DNA from: Balanoglossus misakiensis
Taxonomy: Eukaryota > Animalia > Hemichordata
Assembly (NCBI GenBank): GCA_040954595.2
Contig: CM082589.2
Span: forward strand, 8,254,232 to 8,318,231
Reading direction: 5' to 3'
Length of the DNA stretch: 64,000 bases
A model generated the notes under the pieces. The model ran no database searches, was not told the origin of the DNA, and saw only the letters and a list, made by a program, of their open reading frames with translations. Within the stretch, counting starts at the first letter, position 1. Each line of letters begins with the position of its first letter. The position numbers were made by a program, and so were the translations under genes. This document shows positions 39,111-54,828 of this stretch, piece by piece.

Positions 39111-40672
39111 TAACCTTCAAGTATATACATGATAGTCATAAATGAAGAAACCATAATGAATCAATTGATTCAAATTTAACATTTTTGATAGGTAAACGTG
39201 TGTAGCGAAAATAAACAGACAGCCTTTTCAAGCTCTAGAATAACCTTGTGGTCAATATCAATGCCCCCGTAACAAGAGAAATGCTGTCCACGTGTGGAGC
39301 CAGTGCACAATTTCGTCATTTCGACTGTTATGCAATGGCATTATAAAATAATCAATTTAATTTGTTGCTGTTGTGTGAATACATAAATGTCGGTTTATCA
39401 AATTTTCATAAATCGTGTTTATGAAATTGAATTGGCGTTTGTTTCACGTTGCATGCTTCTGGGAAGTTATACGTTGGTAGCTGTGCTTTTCGTATGCCCC
39501 TCAAGTTAACAATGTCAATGCACCAGTAGAGGAAATGAGATATGGTAATTATTGCTATCTTTATTTCAGGACATCACAGTATACAACCTCTTAAACTTAA
39601 TACATAGCACATATATATAATTAAACAGGTAGTAAAATAGAGTAGTAACAACAAAAAATGAATGCACACTTCAGAAACTGTAGATAAATAAAATGTCATA
39701 TCAAGATAAAGAGGAAATATTTGAATGCCCTTTATAGCAAAGCGTCATGACTATTAAACACTCCAACATCGAATAAATTAATCAAACTTAACAAGTGAAA
39801 CAACAAGAATTGTAAATGAAAAAAAAGATAGAAATTTTACACGTACACGTATTAAATATAAGCAAGAATTCAACCGGTTTAACTTAAAGAGACGCCCTTG
39901 CAACTGTTGTAAATACAGACGCAAATCACTACTAAGGACATTATGAAATCTTCAGGCTTTCCAATAACCACTATACAGACATGTCTTTGTCTATATGAAC
40001 CCACAATACATACTCATACATGTACTTGTATACTTATATCAGTGAAAAGGACCTACATATTCAAAACGCGCAATACATGTAAATACAATCTATGTAAGTG
40101 TCTCTGTGTCTACATGTGGACAAGACGTGCAACATTTCCCCAAGACTTAAATCCAAGAACTCCTGGATAATCACGCTTAATATTTTCTATAACAACGAAC
40201 TGAATCTCTACTTAGTACTGTCTGTATTCAGGCTATATCAAACAAATTGATCTGTGTGATGTAAATGTTTTTAGAATTTACAAGAGATTTGTAAAAAATA
40301 ACCAGGAGAAGGTATCCGGATTCCTTCTTTCCAATAGTCTCAAATGTTTCCATCTTTCAATATGTCTGTAACAGTGTCAAATTATTCTACACTTCTTTTT
40401 GTATATTTGTACAAATGTTTCACTACTGCAACTCTGAGTAACATAATTCGCTAGAGTAATGACCTGAAAATTAGGCCCAATGAACGAAAACTTAGCGTGA
40501 GGGCAAAACCCTGGCACCTCAAGAAGCCACGTGCACTATTCTGTAAATGTGTTAGTCTTGACTAAATGTTGTCTGATAATTTTGTATTGCCATGGTATGA
40601 ACGCGACTTCTAGTTTGATAACTGGTCTGGGACGATATTTCACGCTGTACACGCCTGGACAGTGGCTTAATT

Positions 40673-41906
40673 TTACATACTTGCATCTAACGGTTGTCTT
40701 TCGGGGAGTGGTTCCTGGGTCTCGCGGACTGCTTTCTGGAGGTCTGTCATCTCAGTTCCTGGATGGAAGACGAGAAATTCGTTGTCATAAAATCCCACCT
40801 ATCGCTACAATATCTCTCAGATGTGCTTAGGAAAAGAAAAGGGCTACCCTACTAGGCAGTCTCTAATATGTGGACATGTGTCTGTTTTTTTCCTTATGTA
40901 ATCAATTGACCATTGCAACAGTCCTTGTTACGAGATTCATGGAAAATTCTAAGAAATACTTGTGAACTTACCACCGCCATTAGCAGTTCGTTTCCTTGAA
41001 GGTTTTAGAAGGCGATCTCTGTGTCTCCTGAAACAAAACCCTGATGTTGCTCCGATCCCTGCAAGACCAGAGCCACTCAACATCGATATCCACAACGACT
41101 TAAACGAAGGAGGCTTAGTTTTCTCTTGAGTTATGTCGTTGACATCAGTTGTATCATTTAAGCTCCCAATCTTCTCCAGCCCTTGTTCTCCTGTCAAACA
41201 ACGGGTTAATTAGTTGGTGTAAACCTAAATGAAAGCAGCAAAATCATGTACACTTCTGATGGGCAACTGGGGAGCTTATTTGTCTCAAATTTGAAAGCCA
41301 ACTTAAAAATGACCCCAAAAATATCTCCAAGGAGAAAATTTCAAGTAGAGAATGTTTTGAAAACCAGACAGTAGATATACCCTGTTTCTTTTTTGTTTTC
41401 AGTAAGAATACACACACAAACTATAATATTACAAAGAATTGAAAGGTATCTTGGTGTATACTACCATAATAGTAAGCCAATACGCGAGTTGCAAAGAATT
41501 ACGTATAAAATATTTTTCGCCACGATCGTATGCACAGTATCGCTTGCGTGCATTTGTTTTTAAGGAATGGTATACATGTAATCTGTATGTAGAATTGGCC
41601 AAATTGTTGCAAGATGTAAGAGAAATATCGTTCTTACGTGTATTATATGTACACACCGGCATGCGATGCAATTGACCAGCGCGCGTGTTGAAAGAATGTT
41701 CTCATACCTGAGCACATTTTGCAGTTTACCTCGCCGGGTAGGCCGTCGCACGCGCTGCACGGTAGACATGAACCATGGACAGAATCACAAAATTGGCCGG
41801 GTCCACAGTCGCGGTGTTGACATATGTCAGTCGATGATGCCAAAGCCAAAGCTACTACTAACGCAAGAAGCGTTGCACTAACACCGAAGCACAGCACTCT
41901 CATCAT
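40673..41906 (-). CDS. Single-CRD TNFR-like receptor C (exons 41906-41708, 41190-40972, 40758-40673)
   Basis: Signal MMRVLCFGVSATLLALVVALALA, then CQHRDCGPGQFCDSVHGSCLPCSACDGLPGEVNCKMC. Weakly hydrophobic TM LWISMLSGSGLAGIGATSGFCF followed by RRHR. Tail ..RETQEPLPERQPLDA(SM*). A further 3' exon through GCAA|gtatgt is possible. Confidence 0.8.
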
Positions 41907-42006
41907 GTGACCTTGCTTCACTGGAACTCCTGATGAAAGAGGGCGAACTGCCCACGCATTGCTACTTTTATTCTGATCGCAGTGCACTATGGGATTGGTA
42001 ATCTAT

Positions 42007-42122
42007 GAAAAGCGAAAAAAAGCCCCGACTTCATCGCACGCACCATGACGTCATCACATCATTTGCTTGGCTTCTAGATTGCCTTTATTTGTTAGTCAGT
42101 ACTTTTAAATAAGTGAAAGTGT
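42007..42122. promoter_or_regulatory. IRF-like and CRE motifs upstream of receptor C
   Basis: GAAAAGCGAAA (42007-42017), TGACGTCA (42046-42053) and AAGTGAAAGT (~42111-42120), 100-215 bp upstream of the ATG. Confidence 0.35.
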
Positions 42123-43497
42123 GTAATTCCTCTGCAAAAATGTACTAAAATGTTTATAGAGACAAAACACAAAAATGAGGCATTCTTATAATTGTAATAT
42201 TGTATTTCGACTAGTTGCATTTTTCCATTCCAGATGGAACGTACCACCACAAAATAAGAAGAAAAGGTGTGTTTTGCGATTAAAAGTAAGGTTAGACATT
42301 TTTGATGACAGAAGTATTACATTCGTAAGACACCACCGAGTGTATAATATGCTGGTTATTTTTGTGTATGGGATTGGCGTTAGTATTGGTATTAGCAGTT
42401 TATGTAGTCGACTATTCACAAACTTATGTATTGGCGTCGGACAAAACATTATTTGGATTTGCAGTGTCGTCAAAAATTAAGGCATAACTATAAACAAACT
42501 ATAGAGTATATGGTTTTAAAAACAGGTCAGCTAAAACACCAACTTAATGATTTGCATTATGCAAAAGTGCGGTGTATCAAAATAGCTACAAAGCCTCAAA
42601 ATGTCAGTGTTGCATTTACACTGCTTTTTATAGCAAGGGGCGGTTTTCCATTCTAATATTTAATTTATGTGCACAGCAGGAGGTCAGCCGAATTTTTGCT
42701 GACGCCAGCAAACGTGAAGTCAACACAATTAAATTAACTGGAAGGTCGGAAATTTGGTTTCTAACATATTCACCCGAAAAGGTGTGGAGGCCGTGTGGTT
42801 TTGAGATTCCTGGTCTAAATAAACTAATAAAATCTAGTTTTTAACCGGTTGACTTCGAAGTCACCTACATTCAAATTCAACAATAAAATCACATTTTTCA
42901 GACAATTCATCATGCTCACAATATCCGTAGCAGTCAGTTTGTTTGTCTACATGTACCTGTGGGTATATTCTGCCGTCTGAAAACACATTTTATTAGACCG
43001 GGCTAGCACAGTGCTGGACACACGGGTCATCTCAGAGGAAATATAGTTATTTACAGAATATTGCTTTACCAAACACCAACAGCATGATTGATTGATTGAT
43101 TGATTGATTTATTCATTGATTCATTGATTCATTGATTCATTGATTCATTTAATAAGCAGCAATAATGCATCTTTAGAATTTAGTAGCTGCTCTGTATAGA
43201 CAGCGCCCTCGCTGGTATCAGCCCTACTTCTTACGTTTTGTATTACTGCGCATGCGCAATTGATACGGCTGTACTGCCGCGCTCATCAACGGACTCGTTA
43301 CTTTAGTCTTGCAAGAGACCAAATTATCATCACCCACCCTCCCACTGTCTTATTTAGGCATATATATTAACTAGTCATGTGTTTCCAAAGAAACTATAAT
43401 CTGAATAGGAAATTGAGATCAGTTGCGAAAAAAAAACTATTTTGACCATGCCAGTCTGATCATGAGAACCGTGTCCATACCTTATACAAGTAGGTAA

Positions 43498-43901
43498 GGC
43501 CAGAGAGAAAAAAATCTTGTTCATCGGATTTTTTGGTCCAAGTTCCAGGAGCGGCGAGCGAATAGTTTTTTTTTAGGCTGAAGGTAAATGTGGTTCTCTG
43601 GCATATTTGCACAGATGCAGATAAGGCGAGATAATTGTTTCCCTTTTTAACAGAAATAACTCAGACAAAAACACTGATACATGTACTTGTAACTGAATTA
43701 AATACTATATTTCCCAACAATAACATATGCCATTACATTTACAGTTGGTGTTTGCACAACATCATTCTGGCCACCAGCGGCAGTACTAAGAATTTTGTAA
43801 TGTGGAAGTAAAATTTGCCGAGATCCCCCCCCAAAAAATCCAAATCAGCCAAAGTAGAAGCGGCGATTCCGATGAACAATTTATTTTTTTTCTTCCTGGC
43901 C
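43498..43901. mobile_element. PIF/Harbinger-like MITE, copy 2
   Basis: Direct copy of 38713-39110 with TAA flanks. Confidence 0.75.
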
Positions 43902-43919
43902 TAAAGGCTACTTTCTTTC

Positions 43920-45170
43920 CGTTGGTGGATTAAAATAATAGCGGGGAATATACTTCATCCTCTGGTTTTTCGAAAAAAATACAGAATAAAACAAAATGAC
44001 ATTCGTTTTCAACTTAATTTTTGTTACATATCAAACATACTCTTTTATTGACATCATTTTTCAAATTTCTGTCTCTTTCAATACACAAATAATGGGAAGA
44101 ACATCTTAAGCGTGCTAAAATAGAAATGTGTACATTGATTTTTACAACATAGAGATATTTTTCTGGTGTAAGTGAACATAACAGGAAAGTTTATCAAGGG
44201 TAGAAATTTCGCCATACCAATTATTATATAAATAGCTCTTAAAATTACTTACAAAAATCTTGTGATATCGATTTTTTGGCATTTTTAAAAGTTTGCACCA
44301 ATATTTGACACATTTTGACAAATGAATTGGAAATCTTCCACATTCACCTAAAACAGCAACATTTGGCGTGTTACTCGATACACCCAAAAAACACTTACAT
44401 GCTAGATATTGAATTCTCTCAATATAATCATAATTTGTGTATCCCCATACTTCTGAACCATAGGTAAGTATTGGTAAAACCATTGCATCAAAAATCTTGA
44501 AAAAAGTGTCTTTGGAAAAATAACCAGTCTTTTTGCTCACTCTAAAAATACCCATGAGAACCTTTCTTGCTTGTTGTGCAAGAGTTTTTGTGGCCATTGA
44601 CCATTTCAATCTACAGGAAAACAGAATACCTAAATATTTATAATAGGAAACAACATTTACCCTCTCTCCGTTAAAATACTATTTTTCTGTTTTTGCAAAA
44701 TAACCACCAGATTTAAATACAACCACTTTTGTCTTTTGTAAGTTGACTGTCATCTTCCATTTTATACAATAACAATGCAACAAAGTCGCTGTAGACCAAT
44801 TACAGAGTCAGAAAAATGTACAACATCATCTGCGAACAGCAGACATAAAATTTCTGTCAAATATGGCGAAAGTTGTATACCACGCTGACCACTGTTCTGT
44901 ATATCATGTGTCAGTTCATTTATAAAAAAAGAAAATAAGAAAGGACTGAGCATACATCCCTGTCTAACCCCGACAGGACAGTTGAAATATTCCGTACATT
45001 TACCATTGTTTCTTACACAAGATTTAACGTCTTTATACATGGAATTCAAAATTTTAAAAAGTTTGCCATTTACACCGCCTTTCAAGAGAATAAACCAAAG
45101 CCTCTGTCGCTCGACAGTGTCAAATGCTTTCGCAAAATCAACAAAAGCGCAGTAAAATTTGCCACTAATT
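43920..45170 (-). mobile_element. Decayed non-LTR retrotransposon RT (CR1/L2/RTEX group)
   Basis: FYCAFVDFAKAFDTV, GVRQGCMLSPFLFSFFINEL, LLFADD, YKYLG and FDAMVLPILTYGSEVWG, with frameshifts and deletions. Confidence 0.92.
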
Positions 45171-45272
45171 TTTGAATAACTACCGCGTGATGTCGTTACT
45201 GAAACAAAACAAACTGCAACGTACTAATTTAACATTATCAAAATTATGAAAATTATAAAATTAGCGAGCATG

Positions 45273-46826
<1,554 letters not shown>

Positions 46827-48144
46827 TTTGACACTGTAGAGTAAAATTAAAAATCAAAATTCCGGGGGTTGATAATTGTGAAACAACTTATTCAAGAAAT
46901 TACACAGCAGCTGCAGTATACACGTGCCGCGCGCATTGATACATGAACATGCCACCACAGACCAGCCTCTTTATACACTATACCTATACGTGTCAGTTCA
47001 GTCTCACAGGTTTGGTGATAACTTTTATAAGTCACACATGTTCAGCGATAACTTTCGAAATTCCACAAGGACAATGTGGTTTTTATCTTGTCTTACCTGG
47101 TCTTCCTTACTGTACCTTAGTTACCTTACAAAGATTGATTTACTGAACATGTATCGAACAACAGTGATTTAATAAGCGCTCCAGTGGCCGGAGTGAGAGA
47201 GAGAGCGAGCATCTCACGAGTTGCGAGAACATGCAACTCTCGCGGGGAACTCTTCAAAGCTACAAGGAATGCTGGGTCAAGTATAATCATAGACCCTCGA
47301 GGGTCTATGGTATAATAGACTGTTTAATATCAGTAATGAGATGTGTAAGACTTAAAACGCCTCACCCGCCATGGTGGTATAAAACAGGTATACGTTTCTC
47401 ATTCAGGTAGACTCATGCATGATAAGCGGTATAATCTCTACATCAGGAGATTAAACTGGCCAGTTGCGGGTGTGAGATTCTATTAATCCCATTAATCTTA
47501 AAAATTATATCAGTAAATGTATTTGCAAAATGTTTAGACTCATGCTGTCATCATTGAGGCTGAGAGACACAGAGGTCAAATAGGACTTAATCTCAATGAC
47601 TTTTGATAGGTCCGTTTATGTGGTGTGTAGATACACAAATATTAAGGTCACATAGCAACCGGATAACGCCATTATTTCGATGCTTTGTGCGGTAGACAGT
47701 TGAAGTGCTTTGTTTGAGTACACGTTGTTCAAACGCATTCAAACACCACTCATGCTTGAAAGAAACGATATTATCCATGAGTGAAACTGAAGATAGGGGT
47801 AAACTCATTGCTCTGTAATGTCACTGAAATTCACAGTTGGAGAATATTGAAAAGCCTTTGTTCATACCTAGACTACTGTCACAAAGAGAGTAATCATGCA
47901 TGCAATGCATGGTCCAGCACAGCAGGTGTTCTCCAGTAAACGGAACTGGTGTTTTATCAAAAGGGAGTGTCCAATTAGGGGAAATCCATCCTCAATTAAT
48001 GAAGTTTGTAGATAACACATTCTAGTAATTTAAAGCAAATTATTCGCTAGTTTCGAATAATATTTTATTTCAGTAAAAAGCAAAATACATAGCTCGCCAG
48101 CGTTGATCCCCTTCAATTCGATGTAAAGACACCAACTATCTATT

Positions 48145-48181
<37 letters not shown>

Positions 48182-48608
48182 TACACTACTAAAGCTTAAC
48201 AGATATCCGCAAGCAGCAACTGTTGTCTATGGCACCTATAGTTCTGCAACTCGTAAGCAATTTTGTTGCTGACTACAAGGCAAAAGTAAACCAATGACGT
48301 AATGTTCCTTCCACTTCTCTTTATTAATGAATATTTCACATCCAAGCGACCGTCTTACCACAACCCGTCACACAGTAAATTATTCCACAGCCTGATGGCG
48401 CCTACATGAGGAACACGCTCGGAGAGTTGTTGCGCATGTGTCAAAGGTTGACCGCGTACATTGCAAACTCGGACGAGTCATGTTTCAACAGGTGCTTGTC
48501 AATGTACAGAGGTATTGACACTTGGTGGAGACAATAGAGATGTCATGATATATTATTCATAGCACCAAAGTAGACTATGAAAGCTGTGTCAGTCACACCC
48601 ATTCGGGG

Positions 48609-49973
48609 TTAAACCGCGGTCACTTGACTCAAATTGTCTGTGTCTTCTGCATTTGCTGGTTGTGTGACGATCGCAGGTCCTGTTCCATTTTGACCTGGAC
48701 GATGAAAGAAAAAAAATCAGGCGCTAATAATGTGTCTAACATGTGTAAACGACTAACTTCAAACAAACTACAACGCAACCATGTCTTCCGTTATGTTGTA
48801 GATGTTGTCAAACAGATGGAACAAAATTTCGTGAAAAATAACGAAATGTTGACTATGACGTTTTATGTGCTGGAATGTTCACATTCATACCTTCGAGTGG
48901 ATTCAGCCTGCCATTTATACCGTTCATATTGACATTACAATGTGGTCCTCTTCTCTCTGTCATTGAAGAAAAAGTGCGTGTTAAGAAGTCTATGTTTCGG
49001 TATCCATGTTTTTCAAATGAAGAAAGGAGAAAGTGTCAAGCAAAAGACTCATTTTCATTACCCTTGCTCAAAAACAACTGCATGGAAATGAACTAAAAGG
49101 TAATTTCACACTGCGAATAAATGGATTGTTGATGCATGGGTGGGTTGGTCGGTGGGTGTGTGGGTGGGCGGTTTGGTGTGTGATGTTTGGTTAGGTAATC
49201 GCGATGAATTATATAGGTCAACTAACATTTTCACCTTTTAGGATCTGTTCCAGTTGTTCATGACCCTTGATTATACCGTCCATCTTCTTGCTATGCCTCC
49301 ACTGAACGCACAAAATAGTAGTGCAAAGTACCGCCACGAGAACCGAGCAGCCAATTGCCGCCGACACGACATTCCAAAATGGAATATCAGGGAACTCTAT
49401 AGAATTAAAGCAAACGTGTCATCTTAGACCACATGTAATTTTTACAACAACACATAAATATGAAAATGTTGGTCAATTTCGTGAGACTAAAAAAAACTGA
49501 AAAACTTAATCTTTGTGAGAAAAAAAATAAAAGATGAAAAATGACTCACTGGTGATAAGTTTCTGATATGTTCCAGGCGTCGTTGAAGTGACGTCATCTT
49601 CTGAGTTCTCATGAATAATTATCTGATTTGGCGTTGAAGTGACGTCATCTTCTGAGTTCTCATGAATAATTATCTGATTAGGAGTAGTCGCCAGATTCGC
49701 CCTTGGGGTCACTGGTAGTGTTGGGTTGCTGGGAGGCCTTGCAGTCACCATGGCCTCGTCAGGTACATGATGTGCAAAGTCATTATCAGGACCATTCATG
49801 TAGCACTGGTAACGCCCTTCCTGAGCAATTCCTACGCCATGGTCAATGCACGTTCCCTCATCACAGGATGACAAACATGCTTCCATTGATGGAAAGTACT
49901 CGGACGACACTCCGGGTATCGCTCCAAGGATTAGTATCACGCCCACTACAACAATCTTTAGCTTTGACGTCAT
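48609..49973 (-). CDS. Receptor E: half-CRD, long stalk and TM (exons 49973-49550, 49396-49235, 48956-48891, 48694-48609)
   Basis: Signal peptide, CLSSCDEGTCIDHGVGIAQEGRYQC, P/T-rich stalk, TM FWNVVSAAIGCSVLVAVLCTTILCV, tail ending DNLSQVTAV*. All introns are GT-AG and phase 1. Confidence 0.85.
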
Positions 49974-52316
49974 ATCAGCTGTCGATACAGAACGGGAATT
50001 GCCAGTTTAGCCAATTGATGTACATGTACTAAGTCACTGGGCTATATCACGCTGAAGTAAGCGAGTAAAGGTGGTAGATGTCTGGTGTACATGTCTGCTT
50101 TTTTTTAAATTAGAAACTTGTAATTGATCAACCAATAAGCCATGATGGAGGCCGGGGCCTTTATCATGCGATGAAGTTGTTGGTGGCGATCAGAATGTAC
50201 ATTTTGCAAGGTATTTGAAGAAAAGTCCCAGGGCTATGATACAAATATATGACACCAATAAGTTTTGTTTCCGATCAACCTTAAATTTTAATTTTTGAGC
50301 GGATTGTAGAAACCAGCCGAGAAATGCGGAATGCCTCAACACGAATATAAACTGAAATTCCCAGAGTTGTTATAAGTTATTCCATTTATAAAACATAATT
50401 CGGAGGGAAAAAAGAATAAAACTTACCCATTAAGTATTTCTGTGCAAGATAATTGCCTCCAGAGCTTGAAATGGGTGGTCCCGGCGCGGCAAAGCCCAAC
50501 ACGTGTTAATCTAACTCCCTAGGTTAATGCATATGGATCTTCTAAGTAAAAATTTGTGTAGTAAAAAGTAAACTCAAGAAGCCGAAATTTTGAATTCAAC
50601 AATTGTAAAAGATACGAAAAACGTTTACAGTTTTGTGTGATTAAAGTTAAGTCTATTATACGACTTACGAGTGTACAATTTTGGAACTATTAATTAATTT
50701 ATTAGTATTTGCCGCGCCTAGGGAAACCATTACCAAAATTACGTCGAGGACGATTTCATTTTTAACAATCAGGGGGTTTCCCAGTGGTCTCTCATGGCAG
50801 TATAGAATTAGTGGTCTGTCATGGCAGGAAATTAGCATAAACAGGATATCCCAATTAAGAACATGATCACGTGATATTGAGCCACTTTCTTTTTTTAAAA
50901 ATCTACGTTAAAATCACGCTTTAATAAACGGCCAGTTGTAACCCACTAAACATACAGCACAGTACAGAAGAGAAAATCAACAAAGCACATCGAACAATAA
51001 AAGCCGGGATAAAATACCGCTAATGCAGAAGGAATGGCTTCCGTACTTATATTATTTATGAGCTACTGTCATAGAGATAGCTGTCTGTCTGTCTGTCTTC
51101 GGTTGGGTGGGTGGGTTGGTGCTAGCGGTATCTCAAGAATGCCTTGCCAGATTATTTTCATAAGTTCTTCATCGGATCTCAATAATCTTGCAGATGCAGA
51201 TCAGCTGATATTGACAAACGTTTCAAAAATCAAAGCAGGCAGAACTCGTAGTCAAAGCGTGTATGTGTGTTTGGTTTAAGCTTTGGGGGACTTTTCATAT
51301 AATCACTGTGACATCACCTACTGCATGTGTGTTACCAGTACCGTCTAATAAATTTAAATCTATTCTGTCCAGCAAAGTTTATAAAAATGCACCCTGTATT
51401 CAACAAAATATTCGTACTCTGCTCATTCATTCATAAAAATGCTTCATTTATTGCTTGTGTAGTATGAACCATTAAAACTCCCCAATGACATATTTTCAGG
51501 ACAAAAAAATCAATCATCCAACCTTTTTAATTATGTTCTATATTAAAGTACATGTGAGGAATCTTTTTCAAAACAAAGAAGAAAACTTGGCGTTCAAAGA
51601 GCATCCCCATTAAAAGAAAAAAAGGTGTGGCTCTTAAATTATCGAATGTTTGACAGCGACAAAAAAATCCTTTCTTGTAGTTCGAAAATTTGCATTCTAT
51701 GACGTCATTGAAAACTTTAAATAATACAGTATACTGTTTTCATTGCAACTGTTTAACTTTTACATTAATGTCCGGTCATCACATGGTTGTGGCATTGTAT
51801 GGAACTCACCGCTGTTTGACTATTGTTATAGTAACAGATGTCCGTTTGTCTGTCTGTTGGCATGCTCGTTAAGTCGTAAAAGCCAATAATATTACTCCAA
51901 TAAACTTATAATAACCCTTTTCAACAACCATTTAACAACTCATCAACAACTCTTAGCCATGTCAACATCCAGGGCTAAACTTTCAGCGCGTGGTAACTAT
52001 CACGCTGCTGTCATGGACCTGAATTCCCCACCATGTCAAACAATTAAACATTTATTTGGGAGTAGATTTAGGTTGTGAAAATGCCATAATGTCTCACAAC
52101 CAACAGTCAACGGAAGTAAAACCTCCGTGAAAACGTGCCCTATCTTGTGGAATGAATGAATGCGTCCAGTTTTCCGTTAAAATCAATTTATTGCATTGAC
52201 TCAAACTGCATGATATTTTACCGGAAAACGCTCTCTTAAAACCCAAGATGTCTAAAATTAAAAATGAAAAGACACACACAATAAAACATAGGTCAAGATT
52301 ACATAATCCACACAAA

Positions 52317-54294
52317 TTAAGATTTCAAAACTTGGGTTTGAATGTCTCTTCCTTCGTCTGTTGGAGTAGAGTGTGAAACCGGGCGCCTAGTTCCTGCACT
52401 GTTCAGAACCATGTCCGTCTCGCTGTTGTTACGAGGTATCTGCTGTCCACGCGAGTAACCATTGATTTGTCCGTCTGTGAATCGAAATATATGAATAAAC
52501 ATATTTCAATTTGATAGAAACTGTCAGCTCGTATAGAATGCAATTAAACGCCCAACTGCATGGATATGGATGATCAGGTTGATATTCACAAATCAGCGTT
52601 TAGGTAGAGCTTCGACTTACTTGTCTTCGGTTGTTCGTTTGACACATGATTGACAGTTGAAATGTTGACCACACTCTGGGGATCTCCTTCTGTGCTGTTT
52701 AGTTCTGGAAAAGAAAAAGTAAAACTCAACAAGTTTTCCTTTCAACCACTGCAAACGGCTAAATGAGTTGATATTAGGAGATCCGTTTAATATACCACAG
52801 TTGCGATTGTACTTTAAGAATGCTGTATAGAAAACAGACACTTTCAGGAATTATATTTTTGTGCCAATTATGATCGAAGTCTTGACCTACTAAAAGTATA
52901 CTAGTATATTTTAAACATGTCATTAAAGGATGAAGATTTGACCTTAAAGGGACAAAGTCTCTCTCGCTGCCCTTTTCCATTTATTATGTTTGATACAAAA
53001 CACCGTTTATGTTAATGTGCATGTGGATATATAGTGAATCAATGTTCGACCACACACAACTTCCATCCCACTGGTAGACATGAGTGTGAAAAAAATCACC
53101 AAAATGAATAAATGGTAAACACCGATTATTCATTTTGGCGAATTTTTCACTCTCGTGTCTTCAAGTTGGATGGAAGGTTATGTGTAGTTTAATGTCGATT
53201 CACTATATATCCACATGCACATTAATATAAATGGTGTCTTTTATCAAAAACATAATTAATGGAAAAGGGGCAGTGAGAGAGAGACTTTGTCCCTTTAACA
53301 AATAGAAAAATAATGCCATCGTTTCTGAGAATTCTTTCCAGTGCCAAATTTACCTGTGACGTTTGTATAATTTCTGTACTTCATTCTGCGTTTAATTGTG
53401 TCCTTCGCGAATAAAATACAGATGACACACAGCACAAAAAATGAGACCACTGTCATTGATGTCATCACAATGTCTCCAGCCAGAGTTACTCCAAGAAAAC
53501 CTAGCACGAGAAATAAACAGACCAAAATTACTGCTCATTGGCATTTAACAGCTAATAATAGATTATTTTCTGTTGATTGTGAGAATTCGCGAGACTTGGT
53601 TAATTACCGTAGCAACGGATTTCTAGCCAAGTAGTTATAAAAGTCAAGCTTTGTATAAAAGTAGAAAAGCTTGTGCCGATTAACTCGATGGACCATGTGT
53701 TCTTTGTCCTGTGTATCACAAGAAATACAAATGTATATGCCTGAAATTTAAAACATGAGGGACTTCCGTTCGGCAATGTGCCACTCTGCATTCATGTTCT
53801 TGCTTCACAATATAATCGATCAAAAATCTAAAAACGTGCTGCCTACCACTGAGGCGTTTTTCTTCACTTCTGTACCTTAGGAAATCTACATGTATAGAGA
53901 AATATATATTTAGCGTTATGACAATCAAAACTATATTTAGCATTATGATAATAATGAACTATATTAAGCATTTAATAATACTGAACTATATTAAGCATTA
54001 TGATAATACTGAACTATATTTAGCATTATGATAATAATAAACATGGTAATATGAATGATAATTGAACTTACGTGAGCAATGATCAGTGCATCCTAAGGAT
54101 GGTCTTTCATTGGGATCAGCATCCTTTAGTGGACAGATGTCATCACACGGTTTACATTCATATCTGTCGTCTGCTGAGATACCTTCTCCGTGATCGATAC
54201 AGTATTGATCCATTGTGTAACAGTCAAGTTGACATTGACCTTTGACGAGGCCAAAGGTCATAATAAGGAACAAGGCTCCGGAGAAGATGTTCAT
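52317..54294 (-). CDS. Grindelwald-like single-CRD receptor F (exons 54294-54072, 53885-53847, 53500-53354, 52704-52621, 52474-52317)
   Basis: Signal peptide, CQLDCYTMDQYCIDHGEGISADDRYECKPCDDICP..GCTDHC|SHFLRY, TM exon GFLGVTLAGDIVMTSMTVVSFFVLCVICILFA, tail ..SETDMVLNSA..RRPVSHST..TQVLKS*. Confidence 0.85.
52948..53294. mobile_element. Kolobok-like palindromic MITE in intron 3 of F
   Basis: TTAA|AGGGACAAAGTC...GACTTTGTCCCT|TTAA. Nearly the whole element is an inverted repeat. Confidence 0.85.
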
Positions 54295-54828
54295 ATTTAT
54301 ACCTCTGAGAATTTGGGCGCAGAGAATGTTGAGAAATATTGGTTAATCGGTTGATTAATATTTACTGCACAGTGTCAAAATGGACAGAAATCGTGTAAGG
54401 GAAATACATACTTATGTTTAACTGCAGTTTTAACACCACCCTATTGTTTTAATAAACATTATTACTGAAACTTTTCTCCCAATCTGATCAAAATCAGATG
54501 TAGGGAACGGCGATGTGGTTTTTTATGCTGTCGCACTAGTGTAGGCGCGACAGCATTAAAAACACGTCGCCGTTCCCTACAACTGATTTTAATCAGATTT
54601 TTTTTCTCCATAGAGTTGACGCAGAGATTGGCGGCCAATGTGAAATTCAAATTTAATGATGAGTGATGTCATACACACAAATGTGAGGTAACTCAAGGGT
54701 CATGGAAGTGGCCTATTGACATTTTACCACACAGAAATGGCGGATACTCAAATTTGAATCATATGTAAATATTGGTCTGTTGTGGCAGGCAAGAGAGTCA
54801 TGTATAATGTTTTACGAACGTTCCATTG

